A stretch of 32,000 nt of DNA from an uncultured Clostridia bacterium (GTDB lineage Bacteria; Bacillota; Clostridia; TANB77; CAG-508): assembly GCA_944388605.1 (NCBI GenBank), contig CALXJJ010000007.1, positions 29,424 to 61,423 on the forward strand. The letters run 5' to 3'. A program made the translations under genes and the position numbers. Of the stretch, positions 21,000 through 29,288 are shown piece after piece (positions within the stretch are counted from its first letter, which is position 1; every line of letters starts with the position of its first letter). The notes under the pieces are model-generated. The model ran no database searches. It saw nothing but the letters and a program-made list of their open reading frames with translations, and was not told the DNA's origin.

Positions 21000-21028
21000 T
21001 AAAAGTAAAAGACGAAAGGAAAACAAAA

Positions 21029-21193
21029 ATGAAAATAAAAAGATTTAGTGTAGTAGAATTAAAAGATGGAAATAGAGCAACAATATTAGCAAAAGAAAAT
21101 AATTAATATTTTACAAAAATAGTAGATAATTCTGGTAATACACTAGAATATAGAAATATATCTGTAGAGGAAATGAAAAGAGTAATATTTTGA
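21029..21193 (+). pseudogene. Small ORF (54 codons) interrupted by an in-frame TAA at 21104-21106
   Basis: MKIKRFSVVELKDGNRATILAKENN*YFTKIVDNSGNTLEYRNISVEEMKRVIF. The frame stays open for 28 codons after the TAA, with no start codon before the ATG at 21173. Confidence 0.35.
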
Positions 21194-21215
21194 AAGGGCA
21201 GAGAAAGATAAAAAT

Positions 21216-21251
21216 AAGGTACTAGCTAGAAATAGTTAGTACCTTAATTTT
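21216..21251. terminator. Bidirectional terminator between convergent genes
   Basis: AAGGTACTA-gctagaaatagt-TAGTACCTT (9-bp stem), with a T run (AATTTT) on the plus side and an A run upstream that serves the minus strand. Confidence 0.6.
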
Positions 21252-21257
21252 GCAATT

Positions 21258-22382
21258 TTATGGGGTAATATCTTCACCTATATTTCTATCAGTTCTAACT
21301 GAAGGAATGGGAATTTCCATAGGATACTCAAATGATATTCCATAACTTTGTAATTTTTCTATAGACTGCCTTATTAAATCTCTATCAATGCTTTTTTCTG
21401 CAAATTGTTTAGGCAACACATTACTGGTATTGTGAAAATCCATTGTAGAAAGTTTATCTTGACCAATTAATATAAATTCATCTGAAAAACTTGAAGCTTT
21501 TAATGTATCTTTAAATTTATTTGGATTTCTACTAATACACCAAGTAGGGTCAACACAGTATAATTCGCCTGTTTCATCATCATATACAGAACAATATGAA
21601 TGACCTGGAGCATTAGCAATCCTACAACTTACATTCATTGTAGGGTTATTTAACATTAACATCATAGTTCTAGAAATACAGTTGCATTTACCTATTTTAT
21701 CAAAAATGACATTATTTACAGAATCAACACCACCATATTTTTCATAAGAATAACCTTCACACTCATAATTTCCATCTATTGTATGAGAAACTTTTCCAGA
21801 AACAAATTGAACATTTTGCTGTAGATAGTTAGCAACTAAAACAACTTTATCTATAAAAGATAAATTAGGGATTTTACTAAAATCAGTAATTACTCTATTA
21901 ATTTCTGCAAAAGCTTCATCGTTTGGGTAAGATGGAGTTGTGTCAGCCGTATCAAATTGAACTACTGGAACATTATTTATTCTTTGAAATCCATAATTTA
22001 AGTTCTTTTTATTTGCACCCCATTGAATATATGAATTAGGAATACTTCTAAATCTAACACCTTTTGGTATAGAACTTGCTTGTATATAACTTCTATCTCT
22101 GTTTTGAAAATCATCTAACAAATGAAAATCTTTCACTAGGGGTAAATCTTTTAATAATTCGCCCATATAAATACCAACATTAAACTCATCTGAATTGATA
22201 GTGATGAACTGCAAATTTGGCATTTGTTTTAGAATTTTTAATTTTTCTAGGTCTGTGCTTACTTCTCTTTTTAAATTGTGAGCATATATAACTACATTAG
22301 TGGCATTCATATCTTTTATATCAAAAGAATCCCAATTTACATATTGTGGTGTGTTTATACTTTTTATTTTAATTCCTTCCAT
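21258..22382 (-). CDS. Transglutaminase-like (Cys-His-Asp) domain protein with repeat-like N-terminal half
   Basis: 374-aa track ORF. The C-terminal core GKCNCISRTMMLML...GHSYCSVYDDETGELYCVDPTWC has the C...H...D(PTW) order of transglutaminase-like cysteine peptidases. RBS GGAGG on the minus strand (22389-22393). Confidence 0.7.
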   Translation of the reverse strand: MEGIKIKSINTPQYVNWDSFDIKDMNATNVVIYAHNLKREVSTDLEKLKILKQMPNLQFITINSDEFNVGIYMGELLKDLPLVKDFHLLDDFQNRDRSYIQASSIPKGVRFRSIPNSYIQWGANKKNLNYGFQRINNVPVVQFDTADTTPSYPNDEAFAEINRVITDFSKIPNLSFIDKVVLVANYLQQNVQFVSGKVSHTIDGNYECEGYSYEKYGGVDSVNNVIFDKIGKCNCISRTMMLMLNNPTMNVSCRIANAPGHSYCSVYDDETGELYCVDPTWCISRNPNKFKDTLKASSFSDEFILIGQDKLSTMDFHNTSNVLPKQFAEKSIDRDLIRQSIEKLQSYGISFEYPMEIPIPSVRTDRNIGEDITP

Positions 22383-22413
22383 AGCATACCTCCGAACATA
22401 ATAAACTAATCTA

Positions 22414-22442
22414 ATTATAGCAGAAAAATGTTAAAAAGTAAA
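22414..22442 (-). promoter_or_regulatory. Candidate sigma-70-type promoter for the minus-strand transglutaminase-like gene
   Basis: On the minus strand: TTTACT, 17 nt, TATAAT. On the plus strand these are AGTAAA at 22437-22442 and ATTATA at 22414-22419. Confidence 0.4.
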
Positions 22443-22481
22443 ATTTGACAAAATAAAAATCTAATAAATTTTGGAAAAATT

Positions 22482-22510
22482 AAGACAAAAAAATTTTTAT
22501 ATGATATAAT
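22482..22510 (+). promoter_or_regulatory. Candidate promoter for the small ORF and HD-gene operon
   Basis: AAGACA (22482-22487), 17 nt, then an extended -10 TGaTATAAT (22502-22510). Confidence 0.4.
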
Positions 22511-22547
22511 ACAAATATCAAAATATGGAATAAAGGAAGACCTTAAA

Positions 22548-22778
22548 ATGAACTTATATGAAAGAATAACTGAAAAGCAAAGAATAGACTTTAAATAAGC
22601 TAATATTGATATAGAAAACAAAGATTACAGCTTAGAGGAAACAAAGAATATTTATAGTAATCTTACGTCATATATTTTCAATAAAAGTAAAATAGAAATT
22701 CCAACAGAATTGAAAAAATACGAGAAAGTATACAAAGGATTACAGAAAAATATTATTTTATATAAAAAGGTGGATTAA
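22548..22778 (+). pseudogene. Small ORF (76 codons) interrupted by an in-frame TAA at 22596-22598, abutting the HD-domain gene
   Basis: MNLYERITEKQRIDFK*ANIDIENKDYSLEETKNIYSNLTSYIFNKSKIEIPTELKKYEKVYKGLQKNIILYKKVD. There are 59 stop-free codons after the TAA, in a genome where stops are frequent. The stop at 22776-22778 is 2 nt before the ATG at 22781. Confidence 0.35.
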
Positions 22779-22780
22779 AA

Positions 22781-24385
22781 ATGGATATTGAAATGTTATT
22801 AAAAAAATTACAAGACGAAGTAGAATATAAAGCAAAATGTGATACAGGAGAAATGATAGGAATAGATGATTGGGGCGAAGAATATGTAGCAGAATATTAC
22901 CCAACTAAATGGCAATCAGAAATAGAAGAATTAATAGCGCAAAGTAGTAATGACCCAGAAAAATTACAAGCTATACTAGAGCAATTTACGCAAGGAATAG
23001 AAAGTGGGTCAGCACAAGAATTTGTTTCTGCACAATTTGTAAGCGAACTATCAAGAAATATAAGAAGAATTACATTAGAAAATGCAGTAATGAGAGATGA
23101 CATTGTAGAATATGTTTCTAATCTACCTAAAAAGGAAATACAAAGAATTTTTGGAAAAGAAATAGCACAGATGAAAGGATTTGACCAAAAAAATGTTCAT
23201 CATTGCTATGATTTACTAGGACATACATTACATACTGTAGAAGGAATTAGCCGTGAAGGCTTATCAGATGATGACTTTAAAAAATTAAGAATTGCAGCAT
23301 TATTTCACGATGTAGGAAAACCAGATGTAGCACAGTTTAATGAAAAAACAGGACAACAGGTATTCTATGGACATGCAGGACGCTCAATGGAAATTGCAGG
23401 AGATATACTACAAGAATTAGGTTATAGTCAAGCAGACATTGAAGAAATGCAATTCTATATAGGACATCACGATGATTTTATAAGCTACAAATCACAATTA
23501 GCACCTTGGATGAAACAGCACGAATTTATAAGAGGAATAACACCAGAAACTGTAGCTGAAAAAATGTTAGAGAATGAATATGACTTTGAAAGTATGGGAT
23601 ATAGCAAAGACCAAATTAGATATATTTGTTATGCTTTAGCACATAATAGAAGTCCAGAATTTCAAATGCAAGGAAAACCAGTTCAAATTGATGTAGATAT
23701 GAATGAAGTACATAGAAAAATTCAAATGGCTTCAAGATATAAAGATATGCCTAAACATTCATTAGCACAATATGAAAAATTATTAATGCTATGTAGAGCA
23801 GACGCAAATGCACAAGCAGAAGTTGTAATGCAAAATGGAAAAAAAGTTGGCTCAAGAGCAGAAAAAATAGAGAATATGAATAACATTGATTCGTCTTCAG
23901 AGAGAGCAATAGAAATATTAGAAAGCACATTAATGTCATCTAGAATATTAGGACAAGTTGTAGAACAATCTCAAGAAGAAACATTCCAAGAATTTTACGA
24001 AGATATGTATTACGAAGGCTATAGAAGCCCTATTTCAGATTTAAGTTTCTACAAAAGATTTGATGACAAAAGTCCAGAATTTATAGCAGAAATTAGGGCA
24101 AAGATTTTACAATATGCACCTAAACAATATGAAAATATTCCAGAAGAATATGATTTAAGCTCTACAAATTATGATGAAGAAATCTTTGGGGAAATTTTCG
24201 ACAGACATTTAGCAGAAGCAGTAGTTGATTTAGACGATATAAGTAGTGCTAAAACTCAAAGAAAGACACCTTTAGAACAAAGAGAAGGAAAATTAAACGC
24301 ATTAGAAAAAGAAGCAAGAATAATGACAGAAATAGAAAAGTTAATTGCACAAAGGGAAGGCGAACATTCAATAGGAAATGAATAG
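22781..24385 (+). CDS. HD-domain phosphohydrolase-superfamily protein (534 aa) with unknown N- and C-terminal regions
   Basis: HHCYDLLGHTLHTVEGI ... LRIAALFHDVGKP ... YGHAG ... IGHHDDF gives the H...HD...H...D metal-binding pattern. Confidence 0.75.
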   Translation: MDIEMLLKKLQDEVEYKAKCDTGEMIGIDDWGEEYVAEYYPTKWQSEIEELIAQSSNDPEKLQAILEQFTQGIESGSAQEFVSAQFVSELSRNIRRITLENAVMRDDIVEYVSNLPKKEIQRIFGKEIAQMKGFDQKNVHHCYDLLGHTLHTVEGISREGLSDDDFKKLRIAALFHDVGKPDVAQFNEKTGQQVFYGHAGRSMEIAGDILQELGYSQADIEEMQFYIGHHDDFISYKSQLAPWMKQHEFIRGITPETVAEKMLENEYDFESMGYSKDQIRYICYALAHNRSPEFQMQGKPVQIDVDMNEVHRKIQMASRYKDMPKHSLAQYEKLLMLCRADANAQAEVVMQNGKKVGSRAEKIENMNNIDSSSERAIEILESTLMSSRILGQVVEQSQEETFQEFYEDMYYEGYRSPISDLSFYKRFDDKSPEFIAEIRAKILQYAPKQYENIPEEYDLSSTNYDEEIFGEIFDRHLAEAVVDLDDISSAKTQRKTPLEQREGKLNALEKEARIMTEIEKLIAQREGEHSIGNE

Positions 24386-24387
24386 GA

Positions 24388-24792
24388 GTGATAAGGATTA
24401 TGATTAATGATGAAGAAAGCAAGTCTTTAATGGCTGTTAAAGAACAAAGTATTTTTCAAAAGATAAAGAACTTTTTTAAAAGGCTTTTTGGAAAAGAAGA
24501 AAATTCTTTTAATACTGCACCTGTTCAAAACATAGAAGAAGATACAGTGACTACAAATAGCAGAACATCTTTTTCTGAAACAATAAGAATTGTAGAAGAT
24601 GAAGAAACAAAGTTATTAAAATTACAAAAACAATATCGCTCTGGTCAAATTAAAGAAAGTGATATGTCTCAAGAGCAAATAGATTCTCTTTGCAATTTAT
24701 ATGATAGACAAATTGAAAATTTAGAAAAATCAAATCAAAAGAGAAAAGAAAAAATATTGTTATATAGAAGAAAACTACAAATGAATAATTGA
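24388..24792 (+). CDS. Hypothetical coiled-coil protein (about 130 aa)
   Basis: Track ORF starting at GTG 24388. The in-frame ATG at 24400 is an alternative start. Immediately follows the HD gene. Confidence 0.5.
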   Translation: MIRIMINDEESKSLMAVKEQSIFQKIKNFFKRLFGKEENSFNTAPVQNIEEDTVTTNSRTSFSETIRIVEDEETKLLKLQKQYRSGQIKESDMSQEQIDSLCNLYDRQIENLEKSNQKRKEKILLYRRKLQMNN

Positions 24793-24798
24793 AAGAAT

Positions 24799-24846
24799 AT
24801 GAAAGAATAATTTTGCAATTAACGAACATTATTCTTTCATTTTAAA
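24799..24846 (+). terminator. Rho-independent terminator
   Basis: ATGAAAGAATAAT-16 nt loop-ATTATTCTTTCAT (13-bp perfect stem, 24799-24811 and 24828-24840), followed by TTTAAAT. Confidence 0.6.
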
Positions 24847-24917
24847 TGAAAAGAAATATAAAGACACTTTTGGATTGATAAAAAATACTAGATATCTATA
24901 AATTTAGGGGGAATTTT

Positions 24918-26663
24918 ATGTTCGAGATAAATTATATGAGTGATAAAAAAAGAATTCTTAATAATATAGAAAGTGAACAAGAAACATTAGGTACACAAAG
25001 CAGAATATACGATTGTACTACAGGACTTTTTACAAGAATACTAACTAATGGTAATAAATCATTTAGCTTTACTGAAACAGGTATAGGATGGAATGGAATA
25101 CTTCAAGAGGCATATTCTTTTACTGATGTATTAGATTGTGATGAAGATGAAAAAGATTCATTAGCATATGATATTATAGAACAAATTGACAGCTTAAGCG
25201 GATTATCAATAGATGATATTAATTACATTATTCAAAATGGTTTTTTACAATTTTTATCTCAAAGGAATTTAGAATTAACTGCTCAATCAGAATTTAGAAC
25301 ATTATTAAGAGCAGAACAAATACTAATGCAGTATGAAAAAAATGGTAAAATTGGATATAATGAGGTTTTACAAGAAATAAATAATTCACTAGAACAAAAG
25401 GATTTAAGCGAAGGAGATAGAAAAATTTTAGAACAATTGAAAAGTGTATATGAAAATTATATGTTTAAAGCAAAAAGAGAAGGAGATACATTAATACAAG
25501 AAGAACAAGATAGAATGAACAATTCTTTACAAGAAACAATTGAGAATAAAGATATATCAGCTGAAATGGATGAAGAATCTTCAGATATAGAATTAAGAGT
25601 ATTGTTTAGAAATGCAACTTCTATACAAGAAAAATTGAGATATTTTTCAGAAATTACAGATGACCAAATACAAATTGAATTATTAGATGAAGTTCCAAAA
25701 AATGAAAGGCATAAATTTATTGGAAGAATAAAAACATCAGAAGGAATAGCAACTGCACTAAATAGTTTAGAAGATGAAAAGTCTAAAAGAAAAACATTTA
25801 ATTTTATTGCAAAACAATTTAAGGGAAATAATGAAGGATTATTAAGTATATTGACTCAAATTGATTTTGATGTAGAGATTCCATCTAATATGCTTACATT
25901 TCAATTAAACAACCTTAATGCTTTGAATTTGGATTTCTTAATAAATATACAAAAACACGCTACTAATCACTCTGAAATGAAATTTAAAATAAATGAATAT
26001 CAAGGGGACTCTAAAAAAATAGATTATTCATTTAATGAAATATCTGCAATTATAGCAAAAATAGAAGAATTAACAGCGGATATACCAGATGATATGGACG
26101 AAGCTAGTAAGTTTTACAAAGTATATTCGAGAATTACTCAAATGATGTCTTATGACCATAAATGTATTAGAGACCAAGAAAGAGCAGAATATGATAGATT
26201 TCATTCAAAGGATAATTGGAGAGTTGCATCTGAAAAATTTGAGAAAAGACAAAAAGAGATAAGAAAAAAACCTGCTGGATTATATGGTGGATTAGTTGAA
26301 GGAAAAGCAATTTGTGCAGGATATGCTTTGATACTTAATGAAGCCTTAAAATATGTTGGAATAAAATGTCAGTATGTGAGAGGGACTGAACCCAAAAGGG
26401 GAGGTCACGCTTGGAATCAAATTCAAATAGATGGGAAATGGTATAATGCCGATCCAACTTGGGACTCGGAGGAATTTCAAATTTATAGAAAATATCAATA
26501 TATGTTATTAAATGATGAAGATTTTAATTTATCACACGGAGAATTTTCAATAGCAAGGACGAAAACAGAACATAGATGTAAAAGTCGTTTTGACTATAGT
26601 AAAATTCAAGGACTTTCGCCTAATCAAATTAGAAATGCAGAAAGGGGTGGATACAGCTTATGA
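24918..26663 (+). CDS. Transglutaminase-like (Cys-His-Asp) domain protein (581 aa)
   Basis: C-terminal core GKAICAGYALILNEALKYVGIKCQYVRG...GGHAWNQIQIDGKWYNADPTWD. Cys codon 26313, His 26406, Asp 26451. The long N-terminal region is unassigned. Confidence 0.75.
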   Translation: MFEINYMSDKKRILNNIESEQETLGTQSRIYDCTTGLFTRILTNGNKSFSFTETGIGWNGILQEAYSFTDVLDCDEDEKDSLAYDIIEQIDSLSGLSIDDINYIIQNGFLQFLSQRNLELTAQSEFRTLLRAEQILMQYEKNGKIGYNEVLQEINNSLEQKDLSEGDRKILEQLKSVYENYMFKAKREGDTLIQEEQDRMNNSLQETIENKDISAEMDEESSDIELRVLFRNATSIQEKLRYFSEITDDQIQIELLDEVPKNERHKFIGRIKTSEGIATALNSLEDEKSKRKTFNFIAKQFKGNNEGLLSILTQIDFDVEIPSNMLTFQLNNLNALNLDFLINIQKHATNHSEMKFKINEYQGDSKKIDYSFNEISAIIAKIEELTADIPDDMDEASKFYKVYSRITQMMSYDHKCIRDQERAEYDRFHSKDNWRVASEKFEKRQKEIRKKPAGLYGGLVEGKAICAGYALILNEALKYVGIKCQYVRGTEPKRGGHAWNQIQIDGKWYNADPTWDSEEFQIYRKYQYMLLNDEDFNLSHGEFSIARTKTEHRCKSRFDYSKIQGLSPNQIRNAERGGYSL

Positions 26664-27346
26664 GTGAAAAGATAATAGATAAAAATCTATCAAGAATTAT
26701 AAAATTGAAAATGTGTACAAGCGATATTAATGATATGGAAGATATAGAAGATTTATCAATTCAAGATGTAAATCTTATGCAAAATAGATTGAATATAAAT
26801 TTAACAGAAATAAAAAAATTAAAAAAATTAAAGAGTGTATCTTTAAAATTCTTTGAAATTACTGATGATATTATAGAAGCAATAAATGAATTGAAACATT
26901 TAGAACATATAGAATTTTCAATGTGTATATTTAAAAACAAAAAAATGATATTAGGAAATTTGAAGTCTATTATTATATACAATTGTCAAAATTTTGCCAT
27001 AGATATGTTAAAAGAAAATACTACAATTGAGGAATTACAAATAATTCATTCTGGAATTATAAATATTTCAGATTTAAGTAAATTTAAAAGTTTAAAATAT
27101 TTAAAAATTGCTCATTGTAGTGCTATAAGTATTCCAAGCATTAGTATATTAGAAGATTTGGAACAGTTATACTTGAATCATTTAGAAATACCATACGATA
27201 TAGATATATCAAAAATGAAGAAATTAAAACTTATTTCATTAAGTGGCTCTAATGTACCAAATAAAGATAAGTATATTCAAAAATTATCTAGTCAAAATAA
27301 GGAATTGACAGTAATATTTGAAGAAAATGATTTACCGATAGAGTAG
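26660..27346 (+). CDS. Leucine-rich-repeat protein (228 aa)
   Basis: Repeated L..L..L.L.....I..I..L pattern (LKKLKSVSLKFFEI, LKHLEHIEFSMC, LKSIIIYNC, IEELQIIHSGIINISDLSKFKSLKYLKIAHC, LEDLEQLYLNHLEI, MKKLKLISLSGSNV). The ATGA start/stop overlap with the upstream gene implies translational coupling. Confidence 0.7.
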   Translation: MSEKIIDKNLSRIIKLKMCTSDINDMEDIEDLSIQDVNLMQNRLNINLTEIKKLKKLKSVSLKFFEITDDIIEAINELKHLEHIEFSMCIFKNKKMILGNLKSIIIYNCQNFAIDMLKENTTIEELQIIHSGIINISDLSKFKSLKYLKIAHCSAISIPSISILEDLEQLYLNHLEIPYDIDISKMKKLKLISLSGSNVPNKDKYIQKLSSQNKELTVIFEENDLPIE

Positions 27347-27355
27347 GAGGGAACA

Positions 27356-27541
27356 ATGGAAAGCTACAAAAAATTTGAATTAAATAATAAAGACTATGAA
27401 TATCAATATGATTATAATTTGGGAGTCAATAATTTATATAATAAAACTATTCAAGAGGAGTATGAGAAAAAAGTTGATACTTTATTAGATGGAATATTGT
27501 CTAAAAATATTAATAATATAAAAAGAGACGAACTTAATTAA
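27356..27541 (+). CDS. Small hypothetical protein (61 aa)
   Basis: ATG 7 nt after AGGAGGG. Last gene before the terminator. Confidence 0.45.
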   Translation: MESYKKFELNNKDYEYQYDYNLGVNNLYNKTIQEEYEKKVDTLLDGILSKNINNIKRDELN

Positions 27542-27560
27542 GTTTCGTCTTTCTTAGTTT
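27524..27560 (+). terminator. Rho-independent terminator overlapping the stop codon of the 61-aa ORF
   Basis: AGACGAA(ct)-taatta-(ag)TTTCGTCT, followed by TTCTTAGTTTTT. Confidence 0.55.
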
Positions 27561-27663
27561 TTGCCTAAATTCTAGGCTTTAAATTCATATTTTTAGTATA
27601 ATAAGGTTATTTTATAAAATAATCTTAATTATACTTTAGCACAACCCTCTCGGAGTGTGCGAT

Positions 27664-27892
27664 GTTATTACTATAACCAAGTAAAATATCGATGCTTTCC
27701 AGGTAATAAGCCATATGTGTTATTATTTCAATTATTCTATGTATTATTCATAGAGTTATATACTATCAAAATAGTATATATTATTATTATTTATTAGTAG
27801 AATAAATTTTTATTCTACTAATGAATAATTGAAATATAACGATGACGGTTCCCCTTACTTACGAAAGTTATCTTACAGTTACGTGTAATAAC
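27664..27892. repeat. Nested inverted-repeat (rod plus cloverleaf-like) element in the only long non-coding gap. Function unknown.
   Basis: Outer pairing GTTATTAC (27664-27671) with GTAATAAC (27885-27892). AAGTAA (27679-27684) with TTACTT (27855-27860). 13-bp ATTTCAATTATTC (27725-27737) with GAATAATTGAAAT (27823-27835). These enclose three hairpins: TCTATG/CATAGA (27736-27754), TATATACTA/TAGTATATA (27757-27780) and ATTAGTAGAATA/TATTCTACTAAT (27793-27822). Confidence 0.6.
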
Positions 27893-28026
27893 GTTTTGAA
27901 ATTAATTATATTATAGCATATTAGAGAAAAAAAGTCAAAAAAATGTTCACATACAAGAATAATAAAGAACCTAAAATTAAAGAAATATAGTAGAAATAAT
28001 TAAGAAAATTTCAAAACGCGATTTTT

Positions 28027-28266
28027 TTAATCATTTACTTCAACATCATCAAACATTTTATCATCAAAAAAATCTTTTAAAGAAATATTAAGAGCCTGAC
28101 AAATCAAAGTAATAGTTTCAATTTTTATAGACTTATTTTGTTTTCTTAAAAATCTATTTATAGTAGAACGGTCTATACCAGAATTTAAAGCAAGGTTATT
28201 GCCATTAGTTTTATTCTCTTTTATTAAATTTTCTATTCTTTTTCTAATTGCTTCTGATAAATACAT
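28027..28266 (-). CDS. XRE-family helix-turn-helix transcriptional regulator (79 aa)
   Basis: NNLALNSGIDRSTINRFLRKQNKSIKIETITLICQALNISLKDFF is an HTH_3-type pattern. Divergent from the 28411 gene. Confidence 0.8.
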   Translation of the reverse strand: MYLSEAIRKRIENLIKENKTNGNNLALNSGIDRSTINRFLRKQNKSIKIETITLICQALNISLKDFFDDKMFDDVEVND

Positions 28267-28347
28267 AATTCTTCACTCCTGTAAATAAATATAGCAAAAA
28301 AATTAAAAAAATAAGGGGACTACAAACAACAAATTTTACAAAAACTA

Positions 28348-28376
28348 TTGAAATAAATGTAAAAAAATGTTAGTAT
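28348..28376 (+). promoter_or_regulatory. Candidate promoter for the 28411 gene
   Basis: TTGAAA (28348-28353), 17 nt, then TAGTAT (28371-28376) preceded by TGT (extended -10-like). Confidence 0.4.
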
Positions 28377-28410
28377 ATAGAAAAATTAAAAGAAAGGAAA
28401 AGCAAAAAGT

Positions 28411-28818
28411 ATGTGGAGTAAAGATTTACAATTTAAGTACAATGATACAAATTATAAATTATTAGTTATTGATACTGAAAACGATAATATAAAATTAAAG
28501 ATTAAAAATAAACAGAATAATAAAATAGAAGAAATTGTAGTAAAAGAATTTAAGGAAGATATGTCAAATTATACATCAAATAAAAAATACGGAAAACTAA
28601 ATCCAGATTTTGATATACCATATTATCTTTTTGAAGAAATTGTGGAATACATTGAACAAACAAGTAAGGGAAGATGTAGGTGTATGAAATGGGCAAATAT
28701 TAAAGCGTTATTGCTTTGTGCAGTTCAAAATAATAGAATTTCTATTGAACAAGCAAAGTGCCTAGAAAAAACATATTGTAGAGAAAAAGATTTAAAAGAC
28801 AATTTTATAGAAGAATAA
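28411..28818 (+). CDS. Hypothetical protein (135 aa)
   Basis: Track ORF with RBS AAAGGAAAAG. No recognisable motif. Confidence 0.55.
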   Translation: MWSKDLQFKYNDTNYKLLVIDTENDNIKLKIKNKQNNKIEEIVVKEFKEDMSNYTSNKKYGKLNPDFDIPYYLFEEIVEYIEQTSKGRCRCMKWANIKALLLCAVQNNRISIEQAKCLEKTYCREKDLKDNFIEE

Positions 28819-28940
28819 TTTTTATTTTTTTACCCTTAATGTTACTGTGAGCAATAATTATGTTCTTATGTATTTATTCTAAAAAAATGACAAAAATAAT
28901 AAAATAGATTTATATTTTTTAGAGTAAATGAGGTAATGTT

Positions 28941-29288
28941 ATGGAAAACAATGTTGGTAAAAGAATATTAGAAGTAAGAAATAAAAGAAATTTTACACAA
29001 GAAGAATTGGCTGAAAAAGTTGGTAGTGTAGCAAGTTATATTTCAAATATTGAAAGAAAGAATAAATGTCCATCATTACCACTATTAAGAAAAATAGTAA
29101 AGGAGTTAGATACATCTTTTGATTATCTACTAATTGATGATTTTGAAATGGATAAACAATTAGAAATAAAATATAAAGAAATGTTTAGAGAAATTAAAAA
29201 ACTTGATGAAAAAACGCAAAATGAGTTTTTTAATATTGCAGATAATCTTATAAAGAGTTTTAAAAAGATTGAAAATAATAATAAATAG
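28941..29288 (+). CDS. XRE-family helix-turn-helix transcriptional regulator (115 aa)
   Basis: GKRILEVRNKRNFTQEELAEKVGSVASYISNIERKNKCPSLPLLRKIVKELDTSFDYLL is a classic HTH_3 pattern. Confidence 0.8.
   Translation: MENNVGKRILEVRNKRNFTQEELAEKVGSVASYISNIERKNKCPSLPLLRKIVKELDTSFDYLLIDDFEMDKQLEIKYKEMFREIKKLDEKTQNEFFNIADNLIKSFKKIENNNK

Noticed and set aside
1-21000. Interpretation of the conjugation module as a decayed, pseudogene-ridden relic: helicase in 3 pieces, virD4 in 4, virB6-like in 4, virB4 in 2, CHAP in 2.
   Set aside because: Random decay would give mixed insertions, deletions and nonsense mutations at arbitrary positions. Here every frameshift is the same event, one extra nucleotide at an in-frame CGG before A or T at a conserved Gly. 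The fragments show no other degeneration.
27725-27835. The cloverleaf-like four-way junction as a tRNA, possibly the hypothetical CGGN decoder.
   Set aside because: The stems are 6-13 bp and almost pure A/T, and the total length is about 111 nt. There are no T-loop or D-loop consensus sequences, and no loop presents UCCG. The only TCCG nearby (minus strand, 27651-27654) lies partly within a stem, not in a 7-8 nt anticodon loop.
27645-27862. Group II intron remnant: GTGCG at 27657-27661, ACGGTTCCCC...CTTACTTAC at 27845-27862, and a GNRA-capped hairpin on the opposite strand.
   Set aside because: The resemblances are short and lie on conflicting strands. No 34-nt domain V with an AGC triad, no domain I or IV and no IEP ORF are present, and the element is far too short. 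Treated as coincidence unless a covariance-model search says otherwise.
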